The position numbers were made by a program, and so were the translations under genes. Source: an uncultured Acidobacteriota bacterium (GTDB lineage Bacteria > Acidobacteriota > Terriglobia > Acidiferrales > UBA7541). From it: a stretch of DNA of 64,000 nt. This document shows, piece after piece, positions 1 through 8,398 of the stretch (position 1 is the first letter of the stretch; every line of letters begins with the position of its first letter). Below the pieces are notes generated by a model that was given only the letters and a program-made list of their open reading frames with translations, ran no database searches and was not told the origin of the DNA. The DNA is taken from assembly GCA_963703785.1 (NCBI GenBank), contig CAVPFR010000029.1:19036-83035 (forward strand). The letters are read 5' to 3'.

Positions 1-3
1 CAC

Positions 4-744
4 GTGGAAGGCGCTGCGCTTTGTGCTTGCTGGGATTCGCTGCCAGCGGACGAGGCGCGGCAGGCATCGAACTATCGCTTTGCAAAAGATTGCCGGGAGT
101 TCGTGGTCAGGCGAGCGGTTTTGCGGCAAGTCCTGGCGCGGTATTCGGGACGGCCAGCGGCCGAGTTGCTCTTCGATTTCAGAGCCGGCGGCAAGCCCGT
201 TCTGAGGAACGTGGAAGGCTTGCACTTCAGCATGTCCCACGCCTCCGACCTTGCGGTTTTGGCCATCGGACGCAATCCGGTGGGAATCGATCTTGAGCAT
301 GTGCAGGAAGATCTTTTCGGTCAATCGTTTTTTGGTGGGGCGCTTTTTGGTGAGGCGCTCATCGAGCAGTGCCTTTCCCATCGCGAACGATGTTACGTGC
401 GCGCGCTTCCCGCCGAACAACGCAACCAGGCGCTCTATCGTTGTTGGACGCGGAAGGAAGCGGTGCTGAAGGCTCTGGGCACCGGGCTACTCTACCCGCC
501 GCAACAAGTGAACGTGATTGCAGGAACCAAGAGGACCTGCGTCATCCGGCTATTCAGCCGCGACTGGCTCATCCGGCAGGTCGCGGCGCCTTGGGGATAC
601 GCCGCCGCCATGGCGATAGAAGAGCCCCACTGCAGGGTCGCGTGCCGCTCGCGGAAATTTCCCGTGAACACATTTTTCGGCCGGCGGAGTATCCGAGATT
701 CGGCGCGCATGGCGACGATGCTCGAACCGCAGCAAATTGCCTGA
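4..744 (+). CDS. 4'-phosphopantetheinyl transferase (Sfp/EntD type); frame is open to the window edge, probably 5'-partial
   Basis: ORF 4..744; PPTase motifs GIDLEHV and WTRKEAVLKALGTG read in the translation. Confidence 0.8.
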   Translation: MEGAALCACWDSLPADEARQASNYRFAKDCREFVVRRAVLRQVLARYSGRPAAELLFDFRAGGKPVLRNVEGLHFSMSHASDLAVLAIGRNPVGIDLEHVQEDLFGQSFFGGALFGEALIEQCLSHRERCYVRALPAEQRNQALYRCWTRKEAVLKALGTGLLYPPQQVNVIAGTKRTCVIRLFSRDWLIRQVAAPWGYAAAMAIEEPHCRVACRSRKFPVNTFFGRRSIRDSARMATMLEPQQIA

Positions 745-805
745 GCTTTTGAATAGCGATGAGTTGAGGCGATTCATAGGACGTAAGAATTTTGGAGGTG
801 ACACC

Positions 806-1832
806 ATGATGTCCGTTCCTCGTTTTGGCGCTCTCCGGAGCTTGTGGCTCGGTCCAGCGCTGCTGATCTGGGCGATTACCGTGATGGGGGCGCAAGCTCC
901 GAATCCCAACCCGCAGTCCGCCTCTCCAACTGCGGCAGCGCCGCAGCAGCGCAGCGCGCCACCAACTATGGCGGGCGCGCCTAAGACGGAGTCGATCCCC
1001 GTGGCGGGCATGCCGTCCGTGATCAGCAACGGCGATTTGCTCAACGTCAGCGTATTCGGAGTTCCCGATTACGCTCAGGAAGCGCGAGTGGACGCGAGCG
1101 GCCAAGTGACATTGCCGTTTATCGGCACCGTGAAGCTTGCGGGAATGTCGATCAACGATGCGGAGACTCTGGTGGCAAAGCAGCTTGCCGAACGAGGGAG
1201 TCTTTCGGAATCCCCAGGTCGTGATCGCGGAGAAAGAGTACGCGAACCAGGACGTCACGGTTCTGGGCGAGGTGCAGAAGCCGGGACTCTATCCCATCGC
1301 GGGCAAACGAACGCTTTTCGACATTATTTCCGCGGCGGGAGGAACATCCGTGAGAGCGGGAAACACCGCGTTCATCACGCATCGTGAGAATCCCCAGGCC
1401 CCGGAGACAATTACCTTGGCTTACGACGCGAGCGGATTGCAAGAAGCGAATGTCCCGGTAGCGGCGGGCGACACGGTCGTGATCTCCAGAGCGGGCATCG
1501 TTTATGTCGTGGGCGACGTGAGGGTCCCCACAGGCGTGGTCCTGGAAAATCCCAAGCTCACGGTGCTGAAGGCGCTGGCGATGGCGCAGGGCCCAAATCC
1601 GACGGCGGCCCAGGGTAAGACGACGATCATTCGCCACACTCCCGATGGAAGGGAAGTGGAGATACCCGTTCCATTGAAGCAGATCCTGCAGGCGAAAGTT
1701 CCCGATCCGCAGCTGCAAGCCGACGACATTTTGTTCGTTCCCAACAGCGCGGCCAAATCCGCCTTCAGGCGCGGCGGGGAAGCGGTGGTGCAAATGGCAA
1801 CGGGCATGGTTGTTTACGCGCCGCTGTACTAG
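806..1832 (+). pseudogene. polysaccharide export outer-membrane protein (Wza/Poly_export + SLBB type), one frame break
   Basis: ATG 806 with GGAGG at 794-798; hydrophobic signal-like N-terminus; GDLLNVSVFGVPDY..VTLPFIGTVKLAG (ORF 737..1387) continues as FRNPQVV..VLGEVQKPGLYP (ORF 1137..1832); frames join at GGG run 1196-1198. Confidence 0.8.
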
Positions 1833-2209
1833 CCGCGAGGCCAGCTGGACATAGGTTTCGTCCCCCGTACTTCGATCAATGTCTGGAGGTGGCCGGTGAT
1901 GTGTGCCTATCGGCATCATCATAATCATTCGCCGTAAACCAGGGATTTTGCGCCGCTTCTCTGGGTCTACAAGCCGCCCCGCCTTAGAGCCGTACTTCCC
2001 GCCCATTTCTCCGCTTCTGCTACCAGCCCGACATCTGCAGCGTCTTACAACCTACAAACTACCGAGTCGTAACTCGGCGGGGCGGCGGCGCGTCCACTTT
2101 TTTGGCTTACCCGTAAACCTCCGACTGGCCAGAAGTGTGCACCTCGAACTTTGAGCGCGATCCGCACCCGCAATTCGTTCCCTTCCCGTTTGGCAATGTA
2201 AGTGCGCCC

Positions 2210-2235
2210 GGGAGGGGTACCCCCCACTTTTTTTT
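2210..2235 (+). terminator. possible intrinsic terminator (short GC hairpin around palindrome GGGGTACCCC, then T8 run 2228-2235)
   Basis: hairpin about 2211-2225 with one bulge, 2-nt gap, then eight T; no annotated upstream gene ends here. Confidence 0.35.
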
Positions 2236-2236
2236 A

Positions 2237-2330
2237 CAAGAGTATCATTCTAGGGCGTTTATTTTTGCTTCTATGCAAGAGTATCATTCCACGTTATTTA
2301 TGTTTCAGTACTCACAAGAGTATCATTCTA
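2237..2330 (+). repeat. three direct copies of CAAGAGTATCATTC(T/C)A at exact 39-nt spacing in an AT-rich patch
   Basis: copies at 2237-2252, 2276-2291 and 2315-2330; units 1 and 2 also share degenerate T-rich spacer similarity (CGTTTATTTTTGCTTC / CGTTATTTATGTTTC). Confidence 0.9.
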
Positions 2331-2595
2331 CGCCACTTAGGCCCAGCCGCTGACCGTCATTACGCAAAACACCGCAGATCCCCGGCCTGCCCTCGGCACA
2401 CGTCGGGACCGACCCATCGGGCCGGCCTCGCGATCACAGCATCGAGCCGAAATCCCCACCGTAAAACCGACGCATCGGGCACCCACCAAGACGGCGCTCG
2501 AACATCAGTGCGTCATTTGGCACACATATGTCTATTTTATCGCGAAGGTCAAACCATTCGGCGTAGTGACAGCGAAAGCAGTCCAGGAAGGGAAG

Positions 2596-3657
2596 TTAGT
2601 CGGAAGCCGTCGGAACATCGACCGGCGCAGTGACGACCGTTGACGAGCGCTTCGGCGGCAGTCCCGCCTGGCGGATTTTATAGAGGAGCGCACGGTAGCT
2701 GATGCGAAGATCGCTGGCGGCGCGCTTGCGATTCCAGCGATTCGCTTCCAGGGCGCTGAGAATAATCTTGCGCTCGAGCTGCTGCACGGCTTTGCGCGTC
2801 ACCGTCTTCAGGTGGATCGGGCCACTGATGGGCAGTTCGGTGGAGATCGGGCGTTCCCAATTGGTAAGCTCCGCACCGATGGCTTCTTCCGAACCCAGGA
2901 TGACGTAGCGCTCCATCAGGTTTTCCAGCTCGCGAATATTTCCGGGCCAATTGTGCTTCCCAAGAAGGGTTACCAGCGACGCGGAGATGGGGCGCGCGTC
3001 ACTATTATGGCGCTTGCGGTGCCTTTCGTAGAAGTGCGCGGCCAACCCAGGTACGTCTTCGATGCGCGCGCGGAGGCCGGGCAGCTCTACCTTGGCAACA
3101 TTAATTCTGTAGTAGAGATCGGAGCGGAACCTGCCGGCGGCAATCTCATGTTCGAGTGGACGATTGGTGGCACAGATAATCCGAATCTGGACGCTGACAT
3201 CTTCCCTGCCGCCGATGCGGCAGAATTGGGAGTCTTGGAGCAACTGGAGGAGCTTAGCCTGAAGGCCCATATCGATTTCGTCGATGCCGTCCAGAAAAAG
3301 CGTGCCCGCATTGGCCAACTCGACGCGACCCGGCTTGCTGGTGTACGCGCCGGTAAAGGCTCCTTTTTCATAGCCAAAGAGCTCGCTTTCGAGCAGTGTT
3401 CCAGGAATGGCGGCGCAATTGACGTTGACAAAGGGCCCGTCGGCAACCGCCGAGCGGGAATGAATGTAACGGGCCAGAACTCCCTTACCGGTGCCGCTTT
3501 CGCCCTGGATCAGCAACGGGACGGTGGTCGCAGCGAACTTCTGGATTTTCTGCTGACATATCTGCATGAGGGCCGAGGACCCAAAAATCACTTCCTCGGG
3601 CGGAAAGTCTTCTACGCGAAGCGTGAACGAAACCCTTTGTGTACCAGCCAAAGCCAC
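2596..3657 (-). CDS. sigma-54-dependent transcriptional activator (AAA+ EBP + C-terminal Fis-type HTH) with no receiver or sensor domain
   Basis: GTG start 3657 with GGGGGAG 7 nt upstream; Walker A GESGTGKG, GAFTGA loop (EKGAFTGA), C-terminal HTH RWNRKRAASDLRISYRALLYKI; only about 35 aa precede the AAA+ core. Confidence 0.85.
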   Translation of the reverse strand: MALAGTQRVSFTLRVEDFPPEEVIFGSSALMQICQQKIQKFAATTVPLLIQGESGTGKGVLARYIHSRSAVADGPFVNVNCAAIPGTLLESELFGYEKGAFTGAYTSKPGRVELANAGTLFLDGIDEIDMGLQAKLLQLLQDSQFCRIGGREDVSVQIRIICATNRPLEHEIAAGRFRSDLYYRINVAKVELPGLRARIEDVPGLAAHFYERHRKRHNSDARPISASLVTLLGKHNWPGNIRELENLMERYVILGSEEAIGAELTNWERPISTELPISGPIHLKTVTRKAVQQLERKIILSALEANRWNRKRAASDLRISYRALLYKIRQAGLPPKRSSTVVTAPVDVPTASD

Positions 3658-4094
3658 CTGTCAGCTCCCCCGAAAACGAAAGTTTGAAACTCCCCCACGT
3701 AGTGGTTAGCACATGGAACGCCAAACTTTTGCACGGTTATCTATCCCTCATCGTTGTATGGCACGAGGTGCAACGGGCATAAGATAAGCCTTGTAATATG
3801 AAGCGGCTGGCAATTTTGGGCGGTCGGAGGGGAAGCAGTCTGGAATCGGGAAGCGGCTGAGGGGAAAAGGTTTGCCTATATTAGGAAGGACGATTCAGAT
3901 TCCTTGCCAAATTTTCCCTCAGGTTAGCTGCCATGTAACTTGGCGAGTAAAGGAACAGGAGCGGCCTATTGCGGATGCCGAGGCCGCAAAAGTCCCAGTA
4001 GGTGGATGGGAACATCTAACCCTGGCTGAGCACTTCGGACGCTTTGGCGGCGATTCCTTTGCTCGTAAACTGAACACTCCAGGAGGGTTTAGAC

Positions 4095-5027
4095 ATGCGG
4101 TATCTGGTGACAGGTGGGGCGGGCTTCATCGGTTCGAATACAGTGGACGAATTGGTGCGCCGGGGGCATGGCGTCACCGTGCTCGACGACCTGTCCGCCG
4201 GCAAAGAGGCAAACCTGGAAAAGGTCCGGCAGCAGATCACCTTCATTCGCGGCAGCATTACGGACCGGGAGGCGGTGGAAAAGGCATGCCAGGGCGCCGA
4301 TTACGTGCTCCACCTGGCAGCGCGCACGTCGGTGCCGCGTTCGGTGAAGCAGCCGGTGGAAACGAATCAAATCAACGTAGATGGCACCTTGAACGTTCTG
4401 GTGGCGGCGCGAGACGCAGGTGTGCGCCGCATCGTCTTCGCCAGCTCTTCTTCGATCTACGGAGATACTCCCACGCTACCGAAGCACGAAGGCATGCCGC
4501 CCGCGCCTATTTCTCCTTACGGGGTTACGAAGCTGGTTGGCGAACTGTACGGGCGCGTTTTTCACCGCACCTACGGGCTGGATTTCGTGGCGCTGCGTTA
4601 TTTCAACGTCTTTGGCCCGCGGCAGGATCCCGGCTCGCCTTACTCGGGAGTGCTTTCGCTATTCATCGCCGCGATGCGCAATGGCGGCGAGCCAAATGTA
4701 TTCGGCGACGGAGAACAGTCGCGGGATTTCACATTTGTGCAGAACGTGGTGACAGCGAACCTGCAAGCCTGCGAGACCCCAGGCATTGGCGGCCGGGCGT
4801 TCAATCTCGGGACCGGGGGCCGTTACACGCTGAACTACACGTTGCAGCTCCTGGAGGGGTTTGCGGGAAGGCCGGCAAAAGCGAAGCACGGTCCGCCGCG
4901 CGAAGGCGATATCCGCGATTCGCAGGCGGACATTTCACTTGCTGCCCAGAGCTTTGGATATAAACCGCAGGTCGAGTTCGAAGAGGGCTTGCGCAAGACT
5001 TGGGACTGGTATACGTCGCGGGGCTAG
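4095..5027 (+). CDS. NAD-dependent nucleotide-sugar epimerase/dehydratase (SDR, UDP-sugar 4-epimerase-like)
   Basis: AGGAGGG RBS at 4081-4087; Rossmann motif VTGGAGFIGSN; YxxxK region PYGVTKLVGE. Confidence 0.85.
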   Translation: MRYLVTGGAGFIGSNTVDELVRRGHGVTVLDDLSAGKEANLEKVRQQITFIRGSITDREAVEKACQGADYVLHLAARTSVPRSVKQPVETNQINVDGTLNVLVAARDAGVRRIVFASSSSIYGDTPTLPKHEGMPPAPISPYGVTKLVGELYGRVFHRTYGLDFVALRYFNVFGPRQDPGSPYSGVLSLFIAAMRNGGEPNVFGDGEQSRDFTFVQNVVTANLQACETPGIGGRAFNLGTGGRYTLNYTLQLLEGFAGRPAKAKHGPPREGDIRDSQADISLAAQSFGYKPQVEFEEGLRKTWDWYTSRG

Positions 5028-5050
5028 CTTCAGAAGCGGATCACAGCTCC

Positions 5051-5073
5051 AGGGGCTAAAGCCCCTTTTGTTT
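5051..5073 (+). terminator. intrinsic terminator after the epimerase gene
   Basis: AGGGGC-TAAA-GCCCCT perfect 6-bp stem followed by TTTGTTT. Confidence 0.6.
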
Positions 5074-5088
5074 AACCCTCCCTTTTGT

Positions 5089-5104
5089 CAGGGCTGAAGC
5101 CCTG
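5089..5104. repeat. second hairpin CAGGGC-TGAA-GCCCTG, paralogous to the 5051 hairpin (REP-like pair)
   Basis: same stem/loop architecture 38 nt downstream of the first hairpin. Confidence 0.5.
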
Positions 5105-5246
5105 ACCCACAACCCGGCGAACTCGTCGAAGCTAAAGCTGAGGGCCACCAGACTTCCCCAGGGCCCCTCACAAGAACCGTGAGGGCGCCCTGGGCTACGA
5201 GCTCACACCGACAACCTGAATTGCGACTTACTTCCGGGACAGGACA

Positions 5247-6438
5247 CTAAGGGCCGAAGCGAGTCCGCCAGCCGTAGGTGCGCGCCAGCCGCAGCGGACG
5301 CAGAAGGGCATAGAGGGGGTCGGGAAGGCGGCGCCTCCCGCGGTCAAGTTCGGTAGGCATCAACGCCAGCCGAATGGCATAGGGCAAGCCCTGAGTGAAG
5401 GGCCCTCGCATGCGCACCCGAAAGGCAAAGCGGCTCAGCACTCCAAGCTGTATTTTCTCCGCCGAAAAGAATCGGCGGGAGATTTGCTCAATCATCCGAC
5501 GGCTAACCCTATCGCGCTGCAGGCAGTTCGCCACTTCATCGGGCGGAGCCACTTCGAGGAGACGCGCAGCGAGTCCCACCCCCAACAGCAGCATGCGCTG
5601 AACGCGCCAACTCCGGGCACGCTCCAGCACGAACGCCCAATCGGGTCTCCAATGGGTGCGAGCGGGCCGTAAGAGCGGCGATATCCGCGATCCATGAGAG
5701 GCGATCCCAGAGGTGCTTCGATCCGTGTACGCTGAGGAGCAAGAGCGTGTCCTCGGCCGAAAACGTCAACACCTGCCGCCCGGCGAGGGTTATCGGCTGG
5801 CGCCGGGTACACAGCGCCTGGAGATCCAAGGCCGCGGGGAAGTATCGCAGCGTTCGTTCGGTATGCAGCTCGACCAGCTTCCAGGGCGTCCCGGCGCCAT
5901 TCCTATAAGCGTATTGGCCGGGAGTTCGCCGGGGAGATTGCGAAGGTTCGATGGCGGCAATTTCCGGGCAAAAGCCGAGATCGAGGAGCGCTTCATGCGC
6001 CGCGACGATTTGGCGCTGGGGAACGATGATGTCCAGGTCGGAAAATTCGCGCAACGCAACATCGCCATATGCCTGGGCAGCGAGAACCGGTCCCTTGTAT
6101 GGCGTAGCGGAGACGCCGCAACTTTCGAGAGCCGCCAGAACACGGAAGAGTTCGGCCGTAAGCGCCAAATTGCGGCAGGAGCATTCAAAATAAGATCGAG
6201 CGAAGCGCTCGCGCCAAGGTGCGGGCAGTGCGGCTGGGGCGCAGTCCTGGAGATTTTTGCAAACGAGAGAGGTGAGGGTGTGTTCGGAGGCCGCGGCGAG
6301 GAGCGCGTTCCAGTCCGGCTGGCCCGAGGCGATTGCGAGAATGCGCTTTGAGGTATCGGCGCCTATCTGGCGCCGAGCGCACAGAAGCAGCAGCTCCCAT
6401 GCGGGATTTTCGGATAGGGATGACTGAGCGGCCAGCAT
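5247..6438 (-). pseudogene. uncharacterised nucleotidyltransferase family protein (NTP_transf_5-like), one frame break
   Basis: MLAAQSSLSENPAWELLLLCARR..FSDLDIIV..SVHGSKHLWDRLSWIADIAAL (part of ORF 5536..7368) continues as DWAFVLERARSW..LLGVGLAARLL (ORF 5247..5630); join at run 5643-5645. Confidence 0.6.
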
Positions 6439-6475
6439 CACGAGCTTGAGTTCGGCGAAGGTATTCCGCTTTTGC

Positions 6476-7713
6476 CTAGGCTGCCATTTCTCTGGGCTGC
6501 AACGCCAAGGCGAGAACCGCGCCGATGGCGCACAACAGCGACATCTGAATCGCTCCAGCGAATACCCAACCCCATGGCTGGCCAAAGCGCGAATCAAATA
6601 ACCGCCAAACGCGGCACCGCCGTAGAGGCTGGTGACGAACATGCCCGATCCTTTGCTGGACAGGCCGCTCTGAAGCGACTTCACGTGATAGGCCGCCAGA
6701 CACACATAAAGCACCGCGCTGCCCACCACTCCGTAGATGCAGCTCAGATTTCGCGCGTCAGGACCGAAGCAGCCTGGCTGGAAGAACAGGTAGCCGAGCA
6801 CGGAAATGCAAACGAATGCCGCGCACAAGACGATTCGAGGAGGAAACGGATCGCCAAGCCAGCCGCCGGCAATCGAAGTAACGCACCGAGGCGAAGAAGC
6901 CCACCACGACTCCCGCGCGCGTGGGCGAATAGTGCAGAGTTTCCTGAAGGAAAGAGGCATAGTTCCCCAAGAATCCATACATGCTGAGCCCGTGAATAAC
7001 GCAGAGGATGGCAAGAACAATGGTGTTTCGGTTCCCGAGGCCCGCGGCACCGCCGGCCGCTCGGCGCGGGCGTGAGCCATGCGTCGCGTCTCGCTGAACC
7101 AGGGGCGCACGGTGGCGGCGATAATCGCGACCATCACGAACCCGAACAGCCCAAACGCAAGCATGGGCGCGCGCCAGTTGCCATATTTGGTAAGCAGCAC
7201 GCCGGCCAGAGAGGACCCACGAAACCACCGATGCCATAGCAAAAATTCACCGAGCCGATGGCGGCAGCCTGATAGGTGGCAAAATAACTGGCCGCCAGGG
7301 CGAACATCGAGGTAGCCAGCATGGCCATGCCGATGCCTTGCGCGGCGAGGCACAAGAGCATTCCCCAAAACCCGTGTGTGATCGTGGTCAGAGCCGTCGC
7401 ACCGGAAAAAATGCCAATCCCTACCAACATTACGGATTTGCGCGAAAGGTGCGAAAGAATATAGCCGGTGGTGAGCCCGCCGACGCCCAGGCCGAGCGTG
7501 AAGATCGTGGTGAGCAACCCGGTAATCGCCGGCGAAAAGGCGAACTCACGGCGGACATATGGGGCGACGACCGGGAAGAGATAGCGGTCCGCGGCCATTA
7601 ACACGTAAGAAAGAAGCAAAATGCAATACATCGCGATGGCGACGGAACGCGCGCCGGCTTGCTCGCGGGGAGCGGCGCTTACGCCGATCGCAGATACTCT
7701 GGGTATTGTTCAT
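6476..7713 (-). pseudogene. MFS transporter with 4-5 frame breaks
   Basis: TM-rich segments in three minus-strand frames: MYCILLLSYVLMAADRYLFPVV.. (7134..7631), SLAGVLLTKYGNWRAPMLAFGLFGF and IAGGWLGD..VTSLYGGAAFGGYLI (within 5536..7368), NTIVLAILCVIHGLSMYGFLGNYASFL (6758..7237), GQPWGWVFAGAIQMSLLCAIGAV (6476..6703); one join localised to run 7216-7218. Confidence 0.7.
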
Positions 7714-7897
7714 TTGCCGGTTCCTCTTAATTGCAGCGGAGTATACGCTACAAGACAAGGTTTGGGAAAGGATGGCAGCGGATCCGTTTGAATTTTGACC
7801 TCTGGTGGCACGATCCAGAAAGTTCAGACTCATCCACTGCCGAAACGAGGGACGCCGATTACGGATGGCGCTCTGCGGGCGGAGGAGTGAAAAAAAG

Positions 7898-8248
7898 CTA
7901 ATTCCGTTGAGCCGGGACCCAATCGGGCTGGGCAAATTCGACGCCCCAGAAGCGCGGCGCCGGGGTGAGAAATTCGATGCCGATACGGCGACCCTTGTCG
8001 CAATCGTCGCCGAGGTAGACCACGCGGCACTCCAGCTCGTCCTGAGTGAAGGGATTGGTAAGCACCAGGATGGATCCGAGTTCGAGATCCTGGGCAAGGT
8101 ACAACAGCCCGCCATGAGCATTGACGACGATGGTTTCGGTGGCCTCGCGGAAGCGGCGGCCGTGCTGGTTCTTGCCAGCGAGCTTCACGCGAATGCGCGT
8201 GAAGACGCGAGAACTGCGGCGTTCGCGGTCGTAAACGAGAGTGGACAT
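7898..8248 (-). CDS. PilZ domain protein (putative c-di-GMP receptor)
   Basis: internal ATG 8248 of ORF 7898..8440; RERRSSR arginine motif near the N-terminus and a beta-barrel-like C-terminal part typical of PilZ. Confidence 0.55.
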   Translation of the reverse strand: MSTLVYDRERRSSRVFTRIRVKLAGKNQHGRRFREATETIVVNAHGGLLYLAQDLELGSILVLTNPFTQDELECRVVYLGDDCDKGRRIGIEFLTPAPRFWGVEFAQPDWVPAQRN

Positions 8249-8398
8249 GACACATTCATGGTCTGGTAAAGGCGCAGGAGGGTCAATCGCGGGCGCGCTT
8301 GGCGTTTCCTCGGGGCTAACTGGCCGAGGGGACAGGGCGCGGAGCGCCTTGCAGCGCAGCAGCTTGGCTCTTAGAATCGGGACGCCGCAGGAGGGTCG

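Noticed and set aside
2237-2330. The triple repeat as a mini-CRISPR array
   Set aside because: The repeats are only 14-16 nt, the spacers are 23-25 nt and partly similar to each other, and no cas genes or leader are present.
2135-2353. 72-aa ORF translating the repeats as QEYHS..QEYHS..QEYHS (possible multi-core peptide precursor)
   Set aside because: The ORF reads through a hairpin/T8 element, is AT-rich unlike all confident genes, has no RBS, and starts at an arbitrary GTG. It is kept only as a remote possibility in the repeat finding.
3714-3772. Sigma-54 promoter look-alikes TGGAACG..TTTTGCA (3714-3733) and TGGCACGAGGTGCA (3759-3772)
   Set aside because: GG-to-GC spacing is 16 and 10 nt respectively instead of the required 12.
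5536-7368. 610-aa ORF, the longest in this region
   Set aside because: It is a chimera. Its N-terminal two thirds are alternating in-frame and out-of-frame pieces of the broken MFS gene. Its C-terminal third is the nucleotidyltransferase gene. There is no single coherent protein.
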